Shown here piece by piece: positions 1 to 8,572 of a stretch of DNA of 64,000 bases. The translations under genes and the position numbers were made by a program. The notes under the pieces were generated by a model. That model did no database searches and was not told the DNA's origin. It saw only the letters and a list, made by a program, of their open reading frames with translations. The stretch is from Parcubacteria bacterium RAAC4_OD1_1. Its GTDB lineage: Bacteria; Patescibacteriota; Minisyncoccia; Phycocordibacterales; UBA9973. The DNA lies in the NCBI GenBank assembly GCA_000505065.1, contig AWSN01000001.1, positions 196,567 to 260,566 on the forward strand. The letters are read 5' to 3'. Every line of letters starts with the position of its first letter. Positions within the stretch are counted from its first letter, which is position 1.

Positions 1-1120
1 TCCATGTAGATGGAATAAATTGAGAAGGACCCATAGCTCCACCCCAGCCTGGTACACCCTCTATAGGGCAAGATACTCTTGTATTGTATGGATCAATTCC
101 TAATTTTTTAGTAATAGTTAAAAATGGGGGAACATCTCTTGTTGGGCTCATACCATTTTTAAATATTTTACCAGTATTCATTCCTCTACTTTCTCCGGTT
201 TGTGAATCATTTAGATAGCAAAGTCCAACATTTTTTCCAATTCCTGTTTCTTGTTTAAGTATTCCAAGAATAAAAGCAGTTCGGACTCCAGTTTTTGAAG
301 ATGCATATTCTGCATATTTAACAGCATCACCAAAAGGTATTCCTCCACCAGAAACTCCCCCAGCAAGCTCAAAAAGTCTCGCTCTTATTTTTGTGGCTTC
401 GGCTTGTCTTTCTGCTATAACCTTAGAATATTCTACTTCTTTGTTTTTGCTAATAGAAAGAAGTTTTTGTTTTTCAGCTTCGCTTAATTCAACTTTTTTC
501 TTTGCATTTTCTAATTCAACCTTTGTATCTGTTTCTTTATTTTTCTTTTCTTCTAAACTTTTTCTTTCTTCTTCAGTAAGAGTTTTGACACCCCTTATTT
601 CATCCATAGAATTTTGTATTCCTTCTTTAATAGATGAAAAAGTAGCAAGATCACTATAAGCTTCTGATACGGACTCTTGAGAAAGCATAATAGAAAAAAT
701 TGATTTATTATCAAGCAATCTTTCTTTTCTTATAAGTTGAGCCAAAGATTCTTTTTCTTTTTCTATTTTTGAATTTAGAGATTGAATTTGTTTACTTTTT
801 TCTGTTATTTCACCTCCTAGTTTTTTTATTGTTAGATTTTTTGCTTGTATATCTAGTTTTGCTTTGTTTATTTGAGTGGTAAGAATTGAAATATCTCTTG
901 ATAAAGACGCTGATTGTCCTTTTTGTCCAGCAAGCTCTTTTTCTTTTTGAACTATTTCTTTTTCAAGTTGAATAAGCTCTTTTTCAAGTTTGGCTTTATC
1001 TATCTCTGCTGTTTCCAGAGCTTGATTAGCAGCTTCAGTTTTTATGTTTAAAAACACAAAACCACTTAAAAAAACTATAAACAAAATAAAAAATAAATAT
1101 AATTTAAATTTATACTGCAT
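1..1120 (-). CDS. Partial CDS (C-terminus beyond window start): N-terminal TM + long coiled-coil + lytic murein transglycosylase (MltB-like) domain
   Basis: Minus-strand ATG at 1120..1118 with open frame to position 1. Translation MQYKFKLYLFFILFIVFLSGF... then coiled-coil. Near window start it reads ...IEGVPGWGGAMGPSQFIPSTW, matching the MltB-family motif (GAMG..QF.PSTW). Not in the ORF track because there is no in-window stop. Confidence 0.6.
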   Translation of the reverse strand, partial: MQYKFKLYLFFILFIVFLSGFVFLNIKTEAANQALETAEIDKAKLEKELIQLEKEIVQKEKELAGQKGQSASLSRDISILTTQINKAKLDIQAKNLTIKKLGGEITEKSKQIQSLNSKIEKEKESLAQLIRKERLLDNKSIFSIMLSQESVSEAYSDLATFSSIKEGIQNSMDEIRGVKTLTEEERKSLEEKKNKETDTKVELENAKKKVELSEAEKQKLLSISKNKEVEYSKVIAERQAEATKIRARLFELAGGVSGGGIPFGDAVKYAEYASSKTGVRTAFILGILKQETGIGKNVGLCYLNDSQTGESRGMNTGKIFKNGMSPTRDVPPFLTITKKLGIDPYNTRVSCPIEGVPGWGGAMGPSQFIPSTW

Positions 1121-1178
1121 TTTGATATTATAGCATATTGAAACCCCATTTGGTATAAATGGGGTTTCAATTGGTATT

Positions 1179-1829
1179 TTATTCTTCTTTTGTTTCTCCT
1201 CCTTCTTCTTCTTTTTTACCTTTCTTTTCTACTTCAATAGAAGATAAGTCAACTGCTACCTCTTCTTCTTTTTCTTCTTTGATTGTAGTAACGAGAGCTA
1301 CAACTTCATCTTCGTTTGTTATAAGTTTAACTCCAATTGGAAGTTTAATATCTTTTGCGTGTATTTGATCTTCGAGTGTTTCTAGTTTGGTCAAATCTAC
1401 TTCTAGGTTGTGAGGTATATCTTTTGGAAGAGCTTCAATTTCTAATTCGTGGAGAACTTTAGTAAGTACACCCAAACCATTTTTCTCTGCTCCTGCTATA
1501 CCGATAAATTCAAGTGGAACTGTGACTTCTATAGATTTGTTCATATCGATTGCTAAGAAGTCTATATGTATAGGAAAGTCTTTTATTGGATCTTTTTGAA
1601 TTTCGTGTATAAGTACATCTACTTTTATAGGTTTGTCTCCTTTTATTTCTAATACTATTGCACTAGTTTCCCCTGCTACCTTTAATAATTTTGAAAATTC
1701 GATGCTCGGTACGGAAATCAGGGTGTTTTCCACGCGAGCGCCATAGACAACAGCTGGAACCATACCGTTATTTCGTATAGCATCTAGCTTATTTGCCTTA
1801 CTTCGCTTTGTTGCGGTTAATATATTCAT
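1179..1829 (-). CDS. rplY: 50S ribosomal protein L25 / general stress protein Ctc
   Basis: MNILTATKRSKANKLDAIRNNGMVPAVVYG... is a typical L25 N-terminus with an acidic C-terminal tail. ATG at 1829; the ORF-track start at 1865 is a TTG further upstream. Confidence 0.85.
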   Translation of the reverse strand: MNILTATKRSKANKLDAIRNNGMVPAVVYGARVENTLISVPSIEFSKLLKVAGETSAIVLEIKGDKPIKVDVLIHEIQKDPIKDFPIHIDFLAIDMNKSIEVTVPLEFIGIAGAEKNGLGVLTKVLHELEIEALPKDIPHNLEVDLTKLETLEDQIHAKDIKLPIGVKLITNEDEVVALVTTIKEEKEEEVAVDLSSIEVEKKGKKEEEGGETKEE

Positions 1830-2299
1830 AGGACAAATATTAACACTAAAATCAAATATTTGCAATAGATAATAAAAGGTGGTAAGGTTTGTGTAAAATA
1901 ACTTAAAATCAAAAAATATGAATACACTTGAAAACTTGTCATTTTCGGAGTTGCTTGATCTTTTAATAGATGAAGAAACTACAGATATTGAAAAATAGAG
2001 AGTTAAGAAGTTTCTTCTTAATAATTTTTGTGAAAATCCAAGTTATGCCTATAATCAGGCGATGGAAAATTTAAAAAACATTTCCGATGACAATCTTGTT
2101 ATTGCAAATTCCAGGCTTTGTGCCCGGGATATTGAAGAATCTTTGTTGGAAAATATGGAAACAATGTCTTTTGATGCAATTGAAAATATTGTTGAAGAAA
2201 AAATTGTAATCGGGAAAAAACATTGTATAAGGTTTTAAAAAATGGGTTAAAACCCATTTTTTTATTTTGATGTAGCAAGAACCATTCTTGCTAGTCACT

Positions 2300-2327
2300 G
2301 CTCCCCACTTGGGACGAAGTGGGAACC
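2300..2327 (+). repeat. Hairpin repeat R1 (GCTCCCCACTTGGGACGAAGTGGGAACC)
   Basis: Stem CCCACTT/AAGTGGG with loop GGGACG. First of six same-orientation copies in 2300..6660. Confidence 0.8.
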
Positions 2328-2363
2328 TTTTTGAGTAATAAAGAAAATATTGAATCCCGCATA

Positions 2364-2391
2364 TTGACAAATTCTATAAATATTATAGAAT
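2364..2391 (+). promoter_or_regulatory. Sigma70-like promoter for the 2472 gene
   Basis: TTGACA-N16-TAGAAT, followed by the ACTATACTCCTT motif shared with the other island promoters. Confidence 0.5.
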
Positions 2392-2471
2392 GATGAAAAA
2401 TATAAATCAGGGACTATACTCCTTGTTTTACATCAGCTTAAAATTTCTTTCACATTTAAAAAAAATAAAAT

Positions 2472-3197
2472 ATGACAACATTTGATTTTAACGACAATCA
2501 ACCTGAGTTTAGAGCTCGAGTTTTTGATGGAGACAAAAGTGTAAAAACAGAAAGACCCTATGAAATTTTTGGTAAAACAAAAAAATCAAAAGGAACAACT
2601 TTTTTGGATATGGAATGTGCCTGCGGTGCAACTGATTGCGTAAGTAGGATAAGCTTTTACTATAGTGGATTAAATCACTATTGCAACTCAAGAAATCTTG
2701 GCAGTGATACACAGATTAATATTAATCCTTCTCATAAAGAAGAAAATGGTAGGGCAAATAATGTAATGTGGGATCCGACTGATGAAAATGTTTCTGAATT
2801 TATTAATTTTTCAGAAACTGTACGAGAAGCAATTGCTTTCAAACAAAAGTTACTAAATGGTCTTTACGCAGAGTTACAGGTAAGAATTAAGGGAATTGAT
2901 TATTATGGTGAAGTACAACTGATTGTTCGTAAGGATGAAACAGATATGCTTTTTTATCTTTTTGAGATTCCTAATGTTTTTCCAAAAGTTCCATTGCTTA
3001 ACGAGGCGAAAACTTATCTTGAATGTTTAGGATTGGTTGCTACGTTACCAGCTGAAATAGATACCAGTAAAATAAAAAATGATTACGCTGATATGGCAAA
3101 TCCTTTTTTTAAACCTATCATTGAATGGGTTAAGTTGCTTGGAGAAGAAAATCAGATGGAACTTCAGATCAAAAACATTTGGGTAATACCTGAATAG
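2472..3197 (+). CDS. Hypothetical protein (241 aa)
   Basis: Full ORF in a hairpin-repeat-flanked cassette. No recognisable motif. Confidence 0.5.
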   Translation: MTTFDFNDNQPEFRARVFDGDKSVKTERPYEIFGKTKKSKGTTFLDMECACGATDCVSRISFYYSGLNHYCNSRNLGSDTQININPSHKEENGRANNVMWDPTDENVSEFINFSETVREAIAFKQKLLNGLYAELQVRIKGIDYYGEVQLIVRKDETDMLFYLFEIPNVFPKVPLLNEAKTYLECLGLVATLPAEIDTSKIKNDYADMANPFFKPIIEWVKLLGEENQMELQIKNIWVIPE

Positions 3198-3300
3198 TTT
3201 AGCAAATACCTCCCTATCATTTTTTGATAAGGGGGTATTTTTGAAAATTAAAAATATTATTTTAATACAAAAATCCTTTTTTTAAAAGGAGAATTTATTT

Positions 3301-3328
3301 GCTCCGAACTTGGGACGATGTTGGAACC
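3301..3328 (+). repeat. Hairpin repeat R2 (degenerate copy)
   Basis: GCTCCGAACTTGGGACGATGTTGGAACC matches the R-family consensus with 5 mismatches that disrupt the stem. Confidence 0.6.
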
Positions 3329-3485
3329 AGAATAGGACAAATAGAAAACCGCTAGTGATAGAGGTTTTCTATGCAGCTAGCGGCTGATTTACCGTTTTTA
3401 ATTGTTGAATACTTGCTCCAAGGGTAAAAGACTTTTAATGGCTTTGATTTTCTCTTGCCACTTTAAATTAAATCATTTTTTTAAA

Positions 3486-3749
3486 TTATCTTCTTTCAAG
3501 GTTTTTTTTGAAAGACTCAGCAAGAGAAGGTTTTTCTTCTCCGTTTTCACTTAAACACCAAACAAATTCTACTTCTGAACTTCTTTTTAGCGAAATTTCA
3601 GAAATAAGTTTTGCTCTGGTTTGTTCGTTATCGGGACCATAGATCTTGTATACATTCCTGTTTTTGACAGGATAAGTATCATCATCTATTCCTTCACCAC
3701 CAACAAAACCAATTTTAAAGATTGAAACAATCCACCAATAATTTTTCAT
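3486..3749 (-). CDS. Hypothetical small protein (87 aa)
   Basis: ORF preceded on the minus strand by TTGACA-N17-TAATGT (3788..3816). Confidence 0.4.
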   Translation of the reverse strand: MKNYWWIVSIFKIGFVGGEGIDDDTYPVKNRNVYKIYGPDNEQTRAKLISEISLKRSSEVEFVWCLSENGEEKPSLAESFKKNLERR

Positions 3750-3787
3750 CTTTTATGAGTTTAAAATTGTTTATACTTTTTTTCTTC

Positions 3788-3816
3788 ACATTACATTTAA
3801 ATCACTATTTTGTCAA
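3788..3816 (-). promoter_or_regulatory. Sigma70-like promoter for the 3486..3749 gene
   Basis: Minus strand reads TTGACAAAATAGTGATTTAAATGTAATGT. Confidence 0.45.
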
Positions 3817-3851
3817 ATAAGAAATCCCCCTCTACTAGAGGGAATTTACTG

Positions 3852-3879
3852 GCTCCCCACTTGGGACGAAGTGGGAACC
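3852..3879 (+). repeat. Hairpin repeat R3
   Basis: GCTCCCCACTTGGGACGAAGTGGGAACC, a perfect 7-bp stem. Preceded by the palindrome CCCTCTAcTAGAGGG. Confidence 0.8.
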
Positions 3880-4000
3880 TTAATGGTTAATGATAAGGAT
3901 AAAATTAAAAATTAAGGCCCAAACTTGGAATAATATTCAAAAGTTGTTTAGCAACAAAAAAAATAGTCTTGAAAGTATAAATACCATCAAGACTATATTT

Positions 4001-4627
4001 TTAATTAATGATTACAACACCATAAGAATAGGTAGGAAATCCTGTATTAGAATAATCATATTTCCACACCATCTCTTTTTTATCCCAATAGATAACTGGA
4101 ACTTCAGTCCAAGCGGCATCAAAAGGACAATAACAGATAGTACCTAAAAAAAGTATGTATGAATATTCTTTCCACTCCTCAGGAATAAGATCGGGGTGAA
4201 CTAAGAGATATTCGGCAACTCTTGCGTTAGCTAAAGATTTATTTGATATCTTTTTATAAGATGGATATGATCCATCAAATTCATCACATAATTCTTTATA
4301 TAACTCACAAGGACGGTCAAACTCTTTTGATGCAAATAAACTAATCTTGCTTAAATCCCATTTCAATAAACCGTTAGAAATGTGATTCATTACTGCATGA
4401 TGTGTCGTTGATTTTGGTTTTGTTCGCGTATCTATAATATGAATAGCTGATAATTCTTCTTTGCTTATTACACACGAATTATCCCTTATCACATCAAGAA
4501 CACTGGTTAAAATATTCCCCTCAGACAATGTTTTAATATCTCCATTTGTCCAACCATTACGACGAAAAGCCATTTTTAATTCATGAGCCTGGCTAACATC
4601 GAGCATTAAATCATCATTTGTACTCAT
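4001..4627 (-). CDS. Hypothetical protein (208 aa)
   Basis: ORF with an AGGAGA Shine-Dalgarno 8 nt upstream of the ATG and its own promoter module. Confidence 0.5.
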   Translation of the reverse strand: MSTNDDLMLDVSQAHELKMAFRRNGWTNGDIKTLSEGNILTSVLDVIRDNSCVISKEELSAIHIIDTRTKPKSTTHHAVMNHISNGLLKWDLSKISLFASKEFDRPCELYKELCDEFDGSYPSYKKISNKSLANARVAEYLLVHPDLIPEEWKEYSYILFLGTICYCPFDAAWTEVPVIYWDKKEMVWKYDYSNTGFPTYSYGVVIIN

Positions 4628-4799
4628 TGTTAAATCTCCTATATTTTTGCAACATATTTCTTTATTTGTTTTTTAGAAAATTGTTGCGAGTTAGTGCTGT
4701 TCTCAAATCGTTGTTGATTCTGCCGCAGCTAATAATAATCAATAATTAATTACTATTAGCCGAGGCAGAAGAATTTTAAAGAACTATAATACTCCTTAC

Positions 4800-4828
4800 A
4801 GTATAGCATATTATAACCTATTTGTCAA
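4800..4828 (-). promoter_or_regulatory. Near-consensus sigma70 promoter plus palindromic operator-like module
   Basis: Minus strand reads TTGACA-N17-TATACT, then GTAAGGAGTATTATAGTTCTTT. The palindrome CTATAaTACT..AGTATAG overlaps the -10. Confidence 0.55.
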
Positions 4829-4835
4829 TGTTAAA

Positions 4836-4858
4836 TACCCTTATAAAATAAGGGTATT
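4836..4858. other. Inverted repeat ATACCCTTAT-AAAA-ATAAGGGTAT
   Basis: 10-bp perfect arms between promoter and hairpin repeat R4. Possible terminator or insulator. Confidence 0.4.
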
Positions 4859-4865
4859 ATTACTG

Positions 4866-4893
4866 GCTCCCCACATGGGACGAAGTGGGAACC
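4866..4893 (+). repeat. Hairpin repeat R4
   Basis: GCTCCCCACATGGGACGAAGTGGGAACC, flanked by TACTG..CTTACTGG. Confidence 0.8.
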
Positions 4894-4970
4894 TTACTGG
4901 GAGAGTATAAATAGAAAAATCCACCTCAGTATAATGAAGGGATTTCCCTTCCACTAAAGTGGATTAATTT

Positions 4971-5429
4971 TTAATCGCCAGAAAGATCAGTGTATCCGTA
5001 TTCTTTTATTTTTCTCTTAATAAAATTTGATCCTTTCCTTACGCAAACTTCAATTGGCTTTGCTTTGTCTCTTGCTGTCAATCTGAATTTTGTACCATCT
5101 TTAAACTCTAAGACAACAGATGGTTCACCGTGTGTTGTTATAGCTGGTAAGGATAATTTTTTATTAAAAGGAATTATTGCATCCCCGATAATAAAATTAC
5201 TTTCCTCAATGTGGCATTTGATCCACCACTGAAAATCAGCAAAACCAACCGCGGGGTTTTCGTTCCACCCAGATATCATTGGAATACAAACATCATCAAC
5301 ATTTGATTTTTGATTTGTTAGTGTTAGTGCAGCAATATGCATGCGTAATTCATTTCCTATAGGTAATTGAGGATAAAGATACTCGATGTTACCAATAAAA
5401 ATTTCCTTTTCTAAAATTTTTGTTTTCAT
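4971..5429 (-). CDS. Hypothetical protein (152 aa)
   Basis: Full ORF in a repeat-flanked cassette. Confidence 0.5.
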   Translation of the reverse strand: MKTKILEKEIFIGNIEYLYPQLPIGNELRMHIAALTLTNQKSNVDDVCIPMISGWNENPAVGFADFQWWIKCHIEESNFIIGDAIIPFNKKLSLPAITTHGEPSVVLEFKDGTKFRLTARDKAKPIEVCVRKGSNFIKRKIKEYGYTDLSGD

Positions 5430-5543
5430 CTTGTTATTATTTAATTTTGTTTAACATTTAGTGAATTATCTACACCTCCAACAAGAAGCAAAGATAATCC
5501 ACCAAATACAATTAAATAATCAAAATATCAAAGAACTATACTA

Positions 5544-5572
5544 CTCTTTATAGTATAGCATAATAGAACCTA
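5544..5572 (-). promoter_or_regulatory. Near-consensus sigma70 promoter plus palindromic module
   Basis: Minus strand reads TTGACA-N17-TATACT, then ATAAAGAGTAGTATAGTTCTTTG. The palindrome ACTATACT..AGTATAGT spans the -10 and +1. Confidence 0.55.
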
Positions 5573-5585
5573 TTTGTCAATATCT

Positions 5586-5613
5586 GCTCCCCACATGGGA
5601 CGAAGTGGGAACC
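5586..5613 (+). repeat. Hairpin repeat R5
   Basis: GCTCCCCACATGGGACGAAGTGGGAACC, identical to R4. Confidence 0.8.
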
Positions 5614-5640
5614 TTAATAAAGGATTATAAATGATGTATA

Positions 5641-6576
5641 ATGATAATTATGATTGAAGCCCATAATATAATAAAACTAGAAGGAAATTCATTTGAGAGA
5701 GCGATTCGAAACGATTTTGGTTTTGACATTAATAATTCAGAGAAAATACAAAAAGGATACCAAAGCCAAGTATATAAGGCAAACCTAGATAATGAAGTTG
5801 TCTTTATAAGAATAAATAAAGATCCAAATGTTTTTGAAGTTGAACAGTTGGCCTATAAAATCTTTGAAGAAAAAGGGGTACCAGTTCCAAAAATTATTTC
5901 TTACAAAGAAAAACCAACATCAATAGGACAACCAACTATAATTATGACCTCCGTTGTAGGTAAAACTATCAGTGAAGCTAATCCTTCTCAAGAACAAAAT
6001 GATGTTATCTACGAAAACTTAGGAGAAATATTAAGAAAAATTAACGAAACTAAATTAGAAGGTTTTGGAGAATTAACAGTAGAAAATAACACCTTGGTTG
6101 GGAAATTTCCAAGTTGGAATGAATATTGTAAATCACAAAATGAACGCCACATTAAAGCTCTTAATTTTTGTGTGGAAAATAATTTTATAAAAAATGAAGA
6201 TGCAGATAAGATAAAAAGTATTTATAAAGAAATTGAGCAATTAAATTTTGGAAAAGCATCTCTTTTGCATAAAGATATACATCAAGGTCATTTTTTTGTT
6301 CAAGGATCAGATGTTACAGGAGTTATTGATTTAGGGTCATTAATGGCTGGTGACCCACGATATGATATTGCGATGAGTTTAGTTTTCCAAAACAAAAGAC
6401 AACAAAAACATTTTTTAAAAGGTTATAATAGTGATTTAGCTTATGATCCTATGGTTAATAAATATCTGATAACTATATTAATCAGAAAATTATATTTTAG
6501 AAGTAAACAAGAAATTAAAGGTAATGTTGATATTTTACTTTCGCCTCTAAAAGATTTACTAATTAAATTAATATAA
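5641..6576 (+). CDS. Aminoglycoside/choline-kinase (APH) family phosphotransferase
   Basis: Kinase-like motifs: beta-3 Lys in FIRINKD, catalytic-loop HKDIHQGHFFV, DLG, and GDPRYDIAMSL resembling APH GDPxYDLA. Confidence 0.6.
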   Translation: MIIMIEAHNIIKLEGNSFERAIRNDFGFDINNSEKIQKGYQSQVYKANLDNEVVFIRINKDPNVFEVEQLAYKIFEEKGVPVPKIISYKEKPTSIGQPTIIMTSVVGKTISEANPSQEQNDVIYENLGEILRKINETKLEGFGELTVENNTLVGKFPSWNEYCKSQNERHIKALNFCVENNFIKNEDADKIKSIYKEIEQLNFGKASLLHKDIHQGHFFVQGSDVTGVIDLGSLMAGDPRYDIAMSLVFQNKRQQKHFLKGYNSDLAYDPMVNKYLITILIRKLYFRSKQEIKGNVDILLSPLKDLLIKLI

Positions 6577-6635
6577 ATTCTAATTTAAAGAAAGATAGTA
6601 AAAATAACCTTAATTAAATAAGGTTAAATTTACTG

Positions 6636-6660
6636 GCTCCCCTAACAGGGTTCGAACTTT
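6636..6660 (+). repeat. Hairpin repeat R6 (divergent/degenerate)
   Basis: TACTGGCTCCCCTAACAGGGTTCGAAC shares the TACTGGCTCCCC prefix with R3/R4 but diverges afterwards. Confidence 0.4.
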
Positions 6661-6667
6661 TTGGTTT

Positions 6668-7549
6668 TTATAGGTTATTAAACAACTTTAAACGGTTATA
6701 AACTACTTCTTCTATAGCACCTACTGCATCCTTAAGTATTTTATAAGGAGCGATTTCGTTGGGATTTTCTTTTATATATTTTTCTAAGGCTTCTTTATAA
6801 GCGACTCTGATTTCTGTATTGATATGAATTATAGATATACCAGCTAGAATTGCATTTTTAAAATCTTCATCACTAATACCTGATCCACCATGTAATACAA
6901 GTGGTACACCTGCACTTTGTCTTATTTCTTTAATTCTTTCTATGTTTAATTTTGGATTTCCACCTTTTACCATACCATGAATATTACCTACTGATGGTGC
7001 AAGTAAATTTATACCAGTGTGTTCGACAAAGTATTTTGCATCTTCTATTTTTGTCATAGTTTCTTCACTGACGCCTTCGGGAATTTCTTCTAAGAGTTTT
7101 GAGGATGTGCCAATGAATCCTATCTCAGCTTCTACGAGTACATCTCTACCCTCTTTTGCATTTATATCTCTCGCATACTCTACGCATTTTTTTGTAAGAG
7201 CTATATTTTCTTCTAATGGTAATTTTACAGCATCTATGATGACGGTATCGAATCCATCATCTATACAAGCTTTAATTGATTCAAAACTATAATGATGATC
7301 CGCATTTAAAAATATTGGGAAATTATCTTTCTCTCGTGCATTCTTTACAAGAGCAGATACTTCGTCTCTTCCAATAAATTCTTCTTCCCCTTCTGACACT
7401 CCTATGATAACTGGGACATTAAGTTTCTTAGCTGCATTATAAATACCATGAAAGGCCTCAATATTTGAAATATTAAAATGCCCAATTGCTATTTTTTTCT
7501 TTTCTGCTTCTTTTATATATTCTCTTAAGGTTTTTATAATCATATACAA
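6668..7549 (-). CDS. fba: Class II fructose/ketose-bisphosphate aldolase
   Basis: AIGHFNISNIE and LHGGSG motifs. 293 aa, class II FBA/TBP aldolase family. Confidence 0.85.
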   Translation of the reverse strand: MYMIIKTLREYIKEAEKKKIAIGHFNISNIEAFHGIYNAAKKLNVPVIIGVSEGEEEFIGRDEVSALVKNAREKDNFPIFLNADHHYSFESIKACIDDGFDTVIIDAVKLPLEENIALTKKCVEYARDINAKEGRDVLVEAEIGFIGTSSKLLEEIPEGVSEETMTKIEDAKYFVEHTGINLLAPSVGNIHGMVKGGNPKLNIERIKEIRQSAGVPLVLHGGSGISDEDFKNAILAGISIIHINTEIRVAYKEALEKYIKENPNEIAPYKILKDAVGAIEEVVYNRLKLFNNL

Positions 7550-7579
7550 ACATTATAACATATATGGTATAATAAAAAA

Positions 7580-8572
7580 ATGATGGATGAAAAAATTGAT
7601 TTATTAGCAATTGGAGATATTGCGACAGAACCTTTTATTAAAATTAAAGAAGCAAAAGAAGAATGTGAGCCTAATGGTCATTGCAATCTTTGTCTTTCTT
7701 TTAGAGATAAGATCCCCTATGAAGAAGCAACTATTTGTTATGCAGTTGGTAATAGCCCCAATGTTTCAATTGGAGCTAGTCGGCTTGGACTCAATACTTA
7801 TCTTGTTTCTTATGTGGGTAACGATAGAGATGGTAGTGAAAATATAAATTTTTTAATAAACGAAAATGTAAAGACTGATTATATTCATATCGCAGATGGA
7901 CTGTCCACAAATTATCATTATGTTTTGTGGTACAACAAAGATAGAACGATTCTTGTTAAACATACAGATTTTCCATATGTTTTGCCATCCGATCTAAAAG
8001 AGCCTAAATGGATGTATCTTTCTTCTTTATCATCAAATTCTATTGAATATCACAAAACTATATCTCTATATTTAAAGAATCACGAAGAAGTAAAATTTGC
8101 TTTTCAACCTGGGACTTTTCAAATAAAATTTGGTTATGAGGAATTAAAAGAAATATATGAAAGAACTGATGTATTTTTTTGTAATAAAGAAGAATATCAA
8201 AAAATTTTAGAAACAAAGGAATCTGATGAAGTAAAATTGATGAAAATGATGCATAAAATTGGTCCCAAAATGTTAATTCTGACAAATTCTAAAGATGGAG
8301 CCTGGGCATATAATGGAGAAAACATTTGGTATATTAAAGCTCTTCCAGGGGATCCATTTGAAATGACTGGTGCCGGAGATGCTTTTGCTTCTGGTTTTAT
8401 TTCTTCTCTTATTATGGGGAATAATATAGAAACATCACTTCTTTATGGTTCTATAAATGCTAGATCTGTTATCGAAGAGATAGGTCCACATGAGGGGCTT
8501 TTAACAAAAGAAGAAATTGAAGAAGCAATAGAGAAAATTCCTGTTAAATTTAAAGCTAATAAAATTAATTAA
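7580..8572 (+). CDS. PfkB-family carbohydrate/nucleoside kinase
   Basis: Ribokinase-like fold with C-terminal GAGDAFASGF motif. Extended -10 TGGTATAAT at 7565..7573. Confidence 0.75.
   Translation: MMDEKIDLLAIGDIATEPFIKIKEAKEECEPNGHCNLCLSFRDKIPYEEATICYAVGNSPNVSIGASRLGLNTYLVSYVGNDRDGSENINFLINENVKTDYIHIADGLSTNYHYVLWYNKDRTILVKHTDFPYVLPSDLKEPKWMYLSSLSSNSIEYHKTISLYLKNHEEVKFAFQPGTFQIKFGYEELKEIYERTDVFFCNKEEYQKILETKESDEVKLMKMMHKIGPKMLILTNSKDGAWAYNGENIWYIKALPGDPFEMTGAGDAFASGFISSLIMGNNIETSLLYGSINARSVIEEIGPHEGLLTKEEIEEAIEKIPVKFKANKIN

Noticed and set aside
393-659. Plus-strand 88-aa ORF
   Set aside because: Low-complexity antisense shadow of the minus-strand coiled-coil/lytic transglycosylase gene that spans 1..1120.
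2071-2370. Minus-strand 99-aa ORF
   Set aside because: F/N/K-rich junk-like translation that overlaps hairpin repeat R1. The region is better explained by small plus-strand ORFs and promoter elements.
2300-6660. CRISPR array interpretation of the six hairpin repeats
   Set aside because: Repeat spacing is 550-1050 bp and the 'spacers' contain complete genes with promoters. Repeats are imperfect (two degenerate copies). No cas genes.
6636-6665. tRNA-like GGTTCGAAC motif
   Set aside because: No complementary T-stem or acceptor stem can be formed, so it is not a tRNA. Treated as a degenerate island repeat.
7017-7292. Various internal or antisense track ORFs (e.g. 7017..7292+, 9732..10019+, 14754..15076+, 49482..50144+, 55153..55470+, 60828..61103+)
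   Set aside because: All lie entirely within and antisense, or out of frame, to strongly supported conserved genes, with low-complexity translations.
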